Both the position numbers and the translations under genes were made by a program. Under the pieces are notes generated by a model that searched no databases, had not been told where the DNA came from, and saw only the letters and a program-made list of their open reading frames with translations. Positions 1 through 11,229 of a DNA stretch of 64,000 bases are shown piece after piece (within the stretch, counting starts at the first letter, position 1; the number at the start of each line of letters is the position of its first letter). The stretch is from Camelus dromedarius (lineage: Eukaryota): contig NC_087437.1 in NCBI RefSeq assembly GCF_036321535.1, forward strand, positions 99,946,001-100,010,000. The letters run 5' to 3'.

Positions 1-140
1 TCGGCCTTAGAACAAAGAAGGAAATCCTGCCATTTGTGACAACATGCATGGATCTAACAGACCTTATGCCAAGTGAAATAGCTAGACACAAAAAGACAAA
101 TACTGCATGATCTCTCCTATATGTGGACTCTAAATAGTCA
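1..140 (+). mobile_element. L1 (L1MA/MB-type) 3'UTR fragment
   Basis: aagaaggaaatcctgccatttgtgacaacatg...aagtgaaata...aaaagacaaatactgcatgatctc is the typical L1 3'UTR start. Confidence 0.85.
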
Positions 141-300
141 TAAACAAAGTTTTACTGAAATACAGCTTATTTAGATATAATCGCTGGCTGCTTTTGTGCT
201 ATAATGGCAGGGTTCAGTGTTGTGACAGACACTGTGTGGTCTATAGCACCTGGGATATTAACATTTTGGCACTTTCCATGAAAAAGTTTACCAACACCCA
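141..300 (+). mobile_element. MER58A-like hAT-Charlie MITE, 5'-truncated
   Basis: aaagttttactgaaatacagc...ggctgcttttgtgctataatggcag...aaaaagtttaccaacaccc; homologous to copies at 9183 and 43624. Confidence 0.75.
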
Positions 301-589
301 TTTTAGAGTATTTAGTTCGTAGGGTTTATCATATAGATGTTCACTTTTAAGTTTGCTATAGTAAAACATTTAATTATTTGGGCCAGATTATGACCGACTA
401 CTTGAAAGAATAAAAGCATGATGATATAAAAAAAATTTGATAGCCAACTTGTACTTGAAGAATTTTTTTCAAAAGTTGTACCTTGAATAACTGAGTTACC
501 CTGGTATTATAAAAGAAACTATAAAATGTCATCACTTTCACATAAAACGCATTTTAGTTACATATAAAGCCAGTCGTCATTAAATGGTG

Positions 590-1195
590 ACTAATGTATG
601 GTGAGTAAAAGAGGGCAGTGGAGAAAAGGAGATAGATATAAGAAAAATTCCAGGAATCAAGGCAACAACATCAGGAAATTGATTGGATGAAGAACAATGA
701 GAGGGGTAGTGGCCAAATTTGTCTGACTTTTCAACCCTCGATGAGTAGGAGGTTAGTAATGCCTTTAACAGATACAGAATTTGCAATAAGTAATATCATG
801 TTGAGGAGAATAATATGGTCAACTTTGGAAGTACCATGTTGGGGTGCTCATGTGACATCCAGCAAGAGGTGTCTGGGTGTTCAACACACAACCGTAAATG
901 TAATACTCAAGCTTAGGATATACTTTTGGGTGTCATCTCCTTACAGATGACAGTTGAAGTCAGTGAGAGTATAAAAACAAAGAAGAGTCGAGGAAGGAAA
1001 TTTGGTAGAATGTATATAAGGTCTGCCTAGAGTAAGAGGGGATAGAAGAAACAAACAGATATTTGGAGCAGTAGAAGAGTATGATGAAATGAGATTTTCA
1101 AGAATGCAGAGGGAGTTAATGTTGTATGGCTTGTGACAGAGAGGCTGAGGAAATAAAATACAGCACAGCACTGGATTTAAAAATGAGATATCATT
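590..1195 (-). mobile_element. Degraded L2 fragment
   Basis: Purine-rich tract with L2-antisense-like motifs (tttggaagtaccatgttggggtgctcatgtgacatccag). Confidence 0.5.
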
Positions 1196-1202
1196 GGGAG
1201 TA

Positions 1203-2590
1203 CAGGCACACTTCAGAGATATTGTGAGTTTTGTTCCAGACAACTGTAATAAAGCAAATATCACAATAAAGCAAGTGACACAAATTTGTTGGTTTCCCAG
1301 TTTGTGTAAAAGTTATGTTTACACTACACTATGCAAGAGCATTATGTCTAAAAAAATGCACATACTTTGATTTAAAATTACTTTATTGCTATCAAAACTA
1401 CCATGAGGTGTCACCTCATACTGGTCAGAATGGCCATCATCAAAAAGTCTACAAATAATAAATGCTGGATAAGGTGTGGAGAAAAGGGAACCCTCCTACA
1501 CTACTGGTGGGAATGTAAATTGGAGCAGCCACTATGGAGAACAGTATAGAGGTTTCTTTAAAAAGTAAAAATAGAGTTACCATATGATCCAGCAATCCCA
1601 CTCCTAAGCATATATACAAAAAAGACAAAAACTCTAATTCAAAAAGATACATGGACCCCAACGTTCATAGCAGCACTATTTACAATAGCCAAGACAACCT
1701 ACGTGTCCATCAACAGGGGAATGGATAAAGAAAATGTGATACGTGTGTGTGTGTGTATATATGTATATGCATATATAAATAAATGTATATGTTATATATA
1801 CACATATATAAATAAATGTATACATGTATCTATATAATGGAATATTACTCAGCCACAAAAAAAGAATGAGATAATGCCATTTGCAGCAACATGGATGGAC
1901 CTAGAGATTATCATAAAAAGTGAAGTAAGTCAGAAAGAGAAAGACAAATATCATATGATATCACTTATATGTAGAATCTAAAAATAATACAAATGAACTT
2001 ATTTATAAAAGAGAAACAGACTCACAGACCTAGAGAACAAACTTATGGTTACCAAAGGAGAAAGCAAGAGGAAGGGATAAATTAGAAGTATGAGATTAAT
2101 GGAAATACATTACTATATATAAATAGATAAACAATAAGGATTTACTGCATAGCACAGGGAACTATATTCAATATCTTATAACAACCTATAATGGAAAAGA
2201 ATCTACAAAGTATATTTATATTTATATATATATATAAATCTAAATCACTTTGCTGTACACATGAAACTAACAATATTGTAAATTAACTATAATTCAAGAA
2301 AAAATACTTTGTTGCTAAAAAATACTAATCATCATCTGAGCCTTCAGCAAGTCATAATCTTTTTGCAATAGTAATATTAAAGATCACTGATCACAGATAA
2401 TCATAACAAATACAATAATAATGATGACAAAGTTTGAAATACAGTGAGAATTACCAAAATGTGACACAGAGACATGAAGTGAGCAAATGCTGCTGGAAAA
2501 ATGGCTCTGATGGACTTATTTGATGTAGGGTTGCCACAAACCTTCAATTTTTAAGAAACAACGTATCTGCAAAGCACTATCAAATAAGGT
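1203..2590 (-). mobile_element. Internally deleted Tigger1 derivative (Tigger1a-like, TcMar), split by an L1
   Basis: ta|caggcacacttcagagatattgtgagttttgttccagac terminus; resumes at ~2301 with atcatctgagccttcagc...agggttgccacaaaccttcaattt...gtatctgc. Confidence 0.9.
1392..2300 (+). mobile_element. 5'-truncated L1 (ORF2 C-terminus + 3'UTR, artiodactyl type) with TSD
   Basis: ORF2 end (cacctcatactggtcagaatggccatc...tgtggagaaaagggaaccctcc), 3'UTR and A tail; TSD aaaattactttattgcta (1374-1391) / aaaatactttgttgcta (2301-2317). Confidence 0.95.
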
Positions 2591-3449
2591 AAGATTCAGG
2601 GAGATGGGGCCCCCACACCTCTAGGGAGCACTGGGAACCACAAGCACATTCACACATTATGGTAAAGAAGCCTCCTTCCCTCAGGATTTGGCCCTCAGCC
2701 CTGGAAAGATGGATTAGTAACCCCAGACATACTTTTGATCAGGGCTCTATGTGCTCTAAACAAAGGCAGTTGCATCCCAGTGTTGTCGAAGTCTCTGGGT
2801 TGTGTTACTCCAAAGATGGGACGGGAAGTTATGAGGATCTGAATGACAGAAGAGCTTAGGAAAGGAAAACTCAGACACAATTTCAAATCTTTCCCCTCAG
2901 ATCTCATGAATGCAATAAATTCTTGCGTTACAAAATGTGATTTCCCAGTAGTGCCAAATATCCATTCTTTTTTCTTTATATATCAGTTTGTGTGAGGTAC
3001 TTACAAATTAGTGCTGTATTTGCAGCAGTTGTAATAGTGACTAGGGAACATTTGACAATATTTTACAATTTACTGCTCTTAAACTCCTATTTAAGTGTGT
3101 TTAGAATAATATGCTTGAACAGTAATATTGATTTTTATATTTCCAGATAGATGGACATTGAATTCTAGCATGGCTAATAGTTACATTTTTATGAAGTTTT
3201 TTATTTTTTAAAATTATGATTTAATTAAATTTTCCAAAAAATGAAAACAAAATTATTAGATTTAAACTTTTTTCCTTAAAATGTTCATATTTGTTCATTA
3301 TAACTTTCCTTTTACATTTAATAGATTTTTAATTAATTAATCTTAATATATCATTTTTACATTTACTTAATATTTTTACTAAAATATGTTCAAATTTTAT
3401 CAATTTGTACTAATGTATTTAATTTGCAATCTCTCTGATACTATGAATG

Positions 3450-5660
3450 AGTACAAGTTGATATCTTGATAGAAATATAAAATAGAAATGCAGAACCAAA
3501 AAAAGATAAAAATCTGAAAAAATAAAAGAAACATAATATCTTCAAAGAGAATTGCTTTAGTTTTTAAAAACGGAAATAATGAAAGGTAGCTGGCTCAACA
3601 CAAAACTTAGAAACAGAACATTAAAAATTTTTATTTTAAAAAGTTATAACTACTGATCAAAACAATGAGAATGAGCAATATAATCATTCTCTTCAGATTA
3701 ACAACTAGAACAGATTAAATAAAATCACTGCAACTTCTAATGATTTAATAAATATTTTATTACTGATCAAAACAATGAGACTGAGAAAGAATTTTTATAT
3801 CAGATCTGCAACAATGCAATTCTGGCCTGCTATTTAAAAGATAACAAAAATGAGGTTCAGAAAAACATGAAGTTGAGAAAAGAAAAGTAAAACCTCTAGT
3901 TTTAGTATGTTTATTAAATTATGATCCTGGAAAATGGATATTGCACCCTTTCACAGTATAAGAATGGTTCTAGCTGAACACAATCTGACTCAATTTAAAA
4001 TCTGAGATTTTTTTCCACTGGATGAACATAATAGAGAATTTAATATTTCATTATACACCAAAATTATTTCAAATGAAGAAAGGAAGTACAGAACTTGAAT
4101 ATTATGTTTCAGGTTGTTGTTATATGTTTTATAAACAATTTTCAAGATCAGTTTTGGCCAAAGTTTTTACTGAAAACACTTTGATTTTTGATTAAAAAAT
4201 AATGTGAAACTTCATTTACACAGAAAAAAAAAAAAAGGCACACATTCAATTGCCAGAACTTAAATAAAAGGGGATGAATAAATAGCAAATGGCCAATAGT
4301 ATTAAATAAATATAAATAAACACTAATGCAAAATATAATGTTCTTAAAGAATATGTAATTTGATCAATAATTAGCTAATCATAATGATGCTTTCCAAACC
4401 ACAAATAGTACCGTGGCTGCAGAAAATAATAAAAATTTTCTGATTTAGTAGAAATTATTTCAAAATTGATGTTAAAATGGCCAAACACATAAGATATATT
4501 TAAAAAAATAAAATATTATCACTACTTAGAATGAGAAATCAAAATTAGATTATTAACTTAATGGATAATAAAGTAAGAGAAGAAATTCTACACAAAATTG
4601 AAAAGCTAATATTATTTTTCTGTTCAGCCAGATTGTACAGGAAAAAAATCTAAGCTGAAAATGACATTTATTGGGCATATTATTGAATTATAAGAGGAAG
4701 AAAGTAAAAAGATTGAAATTAATGAGTCTTTTGATATTTTTACACTTGTTATTTTAAAAAGTACATGTTTTGATTGAAGAACTGAAAAAAACAACTGGCA
4801 TTTTTAAGCCTTGGGTAAAAAGATTGCGGACGACAACAGTATGATAATGTCATTAGAATGATTAATTAAGCGGAGGCTTTACAAACTAGAATTCTGGCGG
4901 ATAATCCTGAAACATTCTTATGCCATGTGAAGCACATAGTTCGAATTTGTCATCAGAAGACTGCAACTGGACCCAAAGACATGATGAAATACTTTGGAAG
5001 AATTCAAAGACTATATGTGATATTTCTGAATCTGCCTAAAAATGTGATATTTTGAAGAAAGATATCAATTTTATAAACATTCTTGGAAGCATGATAGGAA
5101 TGCTGACTAAATGCTGTTGAAAATATCCAAAATAAAAAAGTGTACTTGAAAAAATTAGCAAAACAACCAAAGAAACTCAAACGAAGCAAATTTTGTCCTT
5201 TGGTGAAAAATAAAATAACACTGAATTTGCATAATTCAAAAGAAGTTGATATTAACTGTTGAAAATTATTAATATCTTTAACAAAAGTTACAAAAATAAA
5301 TTATGCAAGCTTGACTATTTCCCTTTTAAAAGGATTAAAATTTACATTTTTAAAGTTTTAGAATGTTTTCCATATTAAAAGAAATTGCCTTTGAAATATA
5401 TAACCAAAGTGACACTCCAATATAATATACGACAACTATAATAAAAACATGAGAAATTTTGCATGACTATAAAGGAGACAACAGAGATACAGATGGTCTC
5501 AAAATTTATTATTTGTGACCTCATTATAATGTTTTATCATGATATGTAAAATTTATAGTTTATTACTTGCTAGTTTCAAGAATTTGTTGACAAAAGCAAC
5601 TGACTCAGCAGAATAAAGCATCTCCAAATTCAAATAAATAAGGTTAGTCAGAAAAAGTTA
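3450..5660 (+). mobile_element. Fossil hAT-Tip100-type (Zaphod/Arthur-like) DNA transposon, frameshifted transposase
   Basis: Ordered motifs across frameshifts: DVKMAKHIRYI (~4468), QN*IINLMDNKVREEILHKIEK, YYFSVQPDCT (~4610), KDCGRQQYDNVIRM (~4820), LQTRILADNPETF, MPCEAHSSNL (~4920); boundaries approximate. Confidence 0.8.
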
Positions 5661-5667
5661 CTTATTT

Positions 5668-6925
5668 TGACTTAAATATGAAACAAGACACTATAAACCT
5701 CCTAGGAGAAAACATAGGCAAAACATTTTCTGACTTAAATCTTCACAATGTTCTCCTAGGGCAGTCTACCCAAGCAATAGAAATGAAAGCAAAAATTAAC
5801 AAATGGGACTTAATGAACTTACAAGCTTTTGCACAGCTTAAAAGAAACCATAAGCAAAACAAAATGGCAACCTATGAACTGGGAAAAAAATACTTGCAAA
5901 TGATGCAACTGACAAAGGCTTAATTTCCAGAATATATAAACAACTCATTCAACTTAATAACAACAACAACAAAACAACCCAATCCAAAAATGGGCAGAAG
6001 ATCTAAAAAGCAGTTCTCCAATGGAGACATACAAATGGTGAATAGGCACATGAAAAAAATGCTCAGTTTTGCTAATTATCAGAGAAATGCAAATCAAAAC
6101 TACAATAAGGTCTCACCTCACACCAGTCAGAATGGCCATCATTCAAAAGTCCACAAACGATAAATGCTGGAAAGGATGTGGAGAAAAAGCAACCCTCCTA
6201 CGCTGCTGGTGGGAATGTAGTTTGGTGCAGCCATTATGGGAAACAGTATGGAGATTCCTCAAAAAACTAAAAATAGACTTACCATGTGATCCAGCAATCC
6301 CACTGCTGGGTATATATCCGGAGGGAACTCTAATTTGAAAAGATACACACATCCCAATGTTCACAGCAGCACTATTTAATAGCCAAGACACGGAAACAAC
6401 CTAAATATCCATAGACAGATGACTGGATAAAGAAGGGGTGGTATACTTATACAATGGAATACTACTCAGCCATAAAAAAGAATAAAACAATGCCACTTGC
6501 AGTGTCATGGATGGACCTAGAGATCGTCATTCTAAGTGAAATAAGCCAGAAAGAGAAAGAAAAACAGATATCACTCATATGTGGAATCTAAAAAAAAAAG
6601 AGAGAACACTAATAAACTCATCTACAAAACAGAAACAGATTTGCAGACATACTAAACAATCTTATAGTTACCAGGGGAAAGGAGGTGGGAAGGGATAAAT
6701 TTGGGAGTTTGAGATTTGCAAATGTTAGCCACTATATATAAAAATATATTTTAAAATTCAAGTTTCTTCTGGATAGCACAGGGAACTATATTCAATATCT
6801 TGTAATAACCTTTAATGAAAAACAATGTGAAAATGAATATATGTATAGATATACATGACTAGGTCATTATGGTGTATACCAGAAATTGATACATTGTAAC
6901 TGACTGCACTTCAATTTAAAACAAA
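5668..6925 (+). mobile_element. 5'-truncated L1 (ORF2 C-terminus + complete 3'UTR), camelid/artiodactyl type
   Basis: ORFs 5678 (LLGENIGKTFSD..KINKWDL) and 6069 ([42 protein letters not shown]) are L1 ORF2; 3'UTR ends gactgcacttcaatttaaaa. Confidence 0.97.
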
Positions 6926-7659
6926 GAAAACAGTTGGTTGCCAAGACTCCTAGCAGCAGGAGAAACAAGCACTTCAGTCCCAGAGGAGAGAACCTGTGCA
7001 GTGTGCCATGACATCCACTATAACCACTGTCTACTTCCAGCTGGTGCTGGTATAACAATCATATCTACCTACCAGTAAGACAGATTTATTCTTTTTCCTT
7101 CTCCCTGGTGCTAAAACAGTGAAACATGTAAGATGTTAAAGTAAATCATCCCTTTGTGCTGTTTGCTGTGTCTCCCAGAGCAGCTTGGCTTGGACTCAAT
7201 CTATTAGCTCCATTTTATAAAGTAATGCTGCTCTGCATATCCAGCTTTATGCTTGGGTCAATCAGAGAACATACAGTTTATCTTGGACTGTGTAATTCGC
7301 ATAACCACAGGATTTTACAGGATCAAACATCCATTTTCTACCAGAGTCCATTAGCAGCAGTAGCCTTAGAAGCTTTTCAAATGGAAATAAGTGCTGTTAT
7401 TCTCAGGTCTTAGCCAAAAATTAAATGAGGAAGAATTCAAAGCACTAGATCAGCTCTTTAGGAAACTTATCCAAATGGAAGGAAATATTTTTTGTATTAT
7501 TATAATTAGATGGTACCATAAAAAATTAGCATCATGAGTATGCACATTATAGATAGACATTAGATGGATGGATAGGTACAGAGATATAAAGAGATTGAGC
7601 CTGACTGCTTCCAAATGAGAAAGAACTTCTGGAAGGCTGAGATTGGCCACCATACACAA

Positions 7660-8360
7660 GAAAGTGATTATATGAAGGAAGAGGAAAGGCCAAGTGAGCA
7701 TTTGCAAGCCAAGAAGAGAGGTCTCAAGAGAAACAGGCCATCTCAGAAGAAGAAAAGAATAGAGAAGGGGTTATGCCAGTGGAAACACTGCCAACTTGGA
7801 CTAAAGTGGACAGAGAGGGAATGAAACAAAGGAAGTCTGTCAGACTTCTGGTATTCCATAGAATAGAACAATTAAGCTAACTGGCTGCAAACATGCATTT
7901 CTTTCAAGGAAATGGAAGAAAGACCATGAAGGTGACACAGAGATCATCAGCAGGGTTGTCACTGCCACTACACGTGCAAAGGCACAGGTGACAAGATGAA
8001 GCTATCTTTTCCTTGGTCTCAATGGGGAAGAAATGTGGCCCAGGGCTGAGGGAGCAACACTGCCATCCCAGTGGGCCCGGAAGATGAGGCCGCCATGGTC
8101 ACGCTGGTAGGCCTGGAGGACAGAGCACTGAAGCAAAGAGGATTATCTCAAGTCTCAAAATCTAAAGGAATTTCCCCACAAGGTTTTTTACTTGCTTGGG
8201 ACCCATAACTAGATTCTTCTTTCTAATTTCTCCCTTTTAAAATGAGAATGTCTGTCTGATGCCTGTCACACTGTTATGTTCTGTGAGCACGTAACTTGTC
8301 TAGTTCACAGGTTCACAGCTGGAGAGGAATTTTACCTCCAGATGAATCACCCATTCACAG
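7660..8360 (+). mobile_element. ERVL-MaLR (MLT1) internal region fragment
   Basis: tttctcccttttaaaatgagaatgtctg...aacttgtctagttcacaggttcacagctggagaggaattttacctccagatgaatc matches the 3' part of MLT-int. Confidence 0.7.
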
Positions 8361-8764
8361 CCAAGATTCAGTCACAGCTGAGAAATCGATCTTAGAAATC
8401 TCTAGTTTTTTATAATGGGCTGCAAGAAAGCCTACTCAAACTTTGCCCTGGAGAAATGCATTATCTTTATGATACTTGACAAAAAGAAACCTGTCATCTG
8501 CTCTAGAGAAAAGATCCTTTCTTTATCTTGCAAGGATGTTTGTTATACATACCTCCTGGAAAAAAACTGTAAATGCCTCTGCTTGCAAGTTCAGAAATGA
8601 GAAAGCCATGGAAAATACTCTCCCAACAATAATTAATAGATACATACACTCAGGTACTTATAGAGCATTAGGTAGATAAAGAAGCACGTAGACTGAGTAG
8701 TTAAATTGCTAGTAAAATTATGTAATATTTGCTGTAAATAGATTGGGACCCTTATCCTACATAG

Positions 8765-8850
8765 AAAGTGAGTTTAGCTTTAGGCATGGTGAATAGGAAG
8801 TACCTACAGGACATATAATGGAACTATCTAGTGAGAAGTTGGAAATTAAT
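8765..8850 (-). mobile_element. L2 fragment
   Basis: gagtttagctttaggcatggtgaataggaagtacctacaggacat...tctagtgagaagttgga. Confidence 0.55.
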
Positions 8851-8880
8851 CCAGTTGTCAAAAAAAGATTAAAAACTGGT

Positions 8881-9100
8881 AGGAGTCGGAGATTTACAAA
8901 TATTAACTACTATATATAAAATAGATAAAAAAATACATTTTTACTGTATAGCACAGGGAATGATATTCAATGTCTTATAGTAACTTATCATGAAAAAGAA
9001 TATGAAAACAAATGTATGTATGTATATGCATGACTGAAACATTATGCTGTACACTGGAAATTGACACATTATAACTGACTATACTTCAATTAAAAAAAAA
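8881..9100 (+). mobile_element. Short L1 3'UTR tail with poly(A) and TSD
   Basis: Similar to 6705-6920; flanked by aaaaactggt / aaaaaccggt. Confidence 0.9.
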
Positions 9101-9182
9101 ACCGGTTATACCAGTATTGGAAATATTCTTACGACAAAGACAACTGAAGCTTTCTTTTCTTCTTCAGCAAGGTCTTCTAGCC

Positions 9183-9411
9183 CAGGGGTCAGGAAACTAG
9201 ACCCATGGGTAAAATCCCTCCCACTACCTGTGTTTGTATAAATGTATAAAGTTTTATTGAAGCACAGCCACACCCATTCATTTGTGTATTATCTATGGCT
9301 ATTTTCATACCACAATGGTAGAATTTGATAGTTACAACAAAGACTGTATGACCTACAAAGGCAAAAATATTTACTATCTGGCTCTTGAGAGAAAAATTTT
9401 GCTGACTCCTG
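9183..9411 (+). mobile_element. Full-length MER58A (hAT-Charlie MITE)
   Basis: TIRs caggggtcagg...gctgactcctg; flanks ttctagcc / ttctacac resemble the Charlie nTCTAGAn target. Confidence 0.9.
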
Positions 9412-9492
9412 TTCTACACTCCTGAATTTATGCTATCATGTTTGATTCTTTAGGTCCTTTTATGACAATTTTTCCTCATCAAAAAACCATTT

Positions 9493-9681
9493 GTATCACT
9501 CATATGTAGAATCTTTAAAAAAAAAAAAAAAGGACACTAATGAACTAATCTACAAGAGAAACAGACTTACAGACATAGTAAACAATCTTATGGTTACCAG
9601 GGGAAAGGGGGTGGGAAGGGATAAATTTGGGAGTTTGAGATTTGCAAATTTTAGCCACTATATACAAAAACAGATTTTAAA
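9493..9681 (+). mobile_element. Internal L1 3'UTR fragment without poly(A)
   Basis: Closely similar to 6568-6755 (tatcactcatatg...gggaagggataaatttgggagtttgagatttgcaaa). Confidence 0.9.
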
Positions 9682-11229
9682 GTGTATTCACATGGAAAGG
9701 ATCTGGAATGTTCTCTTAGGAAATATTTTTTAAGGAGGGTCTTAAAGGACAATGGGGAATTGACAACTAAAATTTCAGAGCTGGTGAGGGAATTACGTGA
9801 GCAAAGGAGACTGCAGGAAACAAGGTGGATACTTAGAACAGTAGGGAACCAATCTGCAAGGTTAGGTCAAAGCAATAGGATATGAACATACTTTTTCATA
9901 TTGTTTTGTGATTCTAATTCTGTAACTGCTGAAATGTCTGGGACATACAGTGTGTGCATTATGCAGAACAAGAAGGAAAAGGCAGAGTCAGTAGAAAGAA
10001 GTCCAAGATAACCTGCTGTGACAAGCAAAACAAATGAGAAGCTTGTTTGACAAAAATAGATTCTACAGTCTAGTGCCTGTTCCTGATGTTGGCAGAGGCA
10101 GAGGAGATATGCATAATATGGAGCATTTATCAAGGTGATGTCAAAGGATGGTGTTTCTCACTTGGGAACTCAATCTAGGATTATGATTTTCAAAGGGCAA
10201 AAAAAGACTTTTGAATACAGAGGTCATTGTAAAAAAGAAAATCTACCATTGAAGATTTTTTATCATAATAGACTTTCTTAAATGTGTCAAAATTTAAAAA
10301 GCTATCCTAAAAAAAAAGGATGTTTTGGAGTTATATATCAAAATTTTTAAAGGAATTTGAGGTGAAAGATATCTTCCAGTTTCACCAGACTATGACAAGT
10401 AAGTGATGATTTCATTAACTCTACTGGAAAATATCTAGTCATATGATTTTTAAGAACATTGCAAGTTATGCATTAATATTTAATTTCTTTATTTCATATT
10501 TGTGTGGTTCTCTTATACCATTTCCATATGTGGTGGCTATGAACCTCAGTCCATAAACTTGAGTACTCAAACACAGAGTACTTTATTTTCTGTAACTCAA
10601 CTTTATTTCTAATTCCAAGTCCCTTTCCCTTCAGTCACTCAGCTTTTCTCCCATCCCCAAGGCCATTCCATGGTTCCAGTATCTTGATTCAGTGCCAATG
10701 CACTGTGGGAGGGATACTTTCTATTCACTAATCATTTCTCTCCACTGACATCTCCTATTCCTGACCATCTTGATTCAGGACCATCAACTCTCTTCAGCTT
10801 CCATGTCTTGATGGGGAGCCAGTTACTTTGAAGTCTTTAGTTCTTCTTTGGTTCTTCTTGCTAGAATCACCATGTAGCCAGTTGTCTTTAGAATTCACAT
10901 TTATCCCTCTTAGAGGCATTTACTGCAAAGTAGAAGATAATCTCCACTGTTTCTGGATTCACAGTCTTCTTTTTCTCACATCATTAATGCCAAGGTAATT
11001 ACTTTTATGAGTCTGTGATAGAAACGACTCTTCGAAATGTTCTAGCTAGCTCCTTTCCTTCTCCTTTCCTGTGGGAACTCAGCTGCTCAGTGGCATGAAT
11101 CACTGGCTTTTGAGCCGGAGAGGAATTCAGTCAGCATAATGGGCATATTTTACAAGACTGGCACCAAGGAAACAGCACATAGAATTGCAGGATTAGTTAA
11201 AGACAAGAGAATTGAACAAACAAAGAAAT

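Noticed and set aside
5678..6338. ORFs of 81 and 89 aa as host genes
   Set aside because: Frameshifted L1 ORF2 C-terminus.
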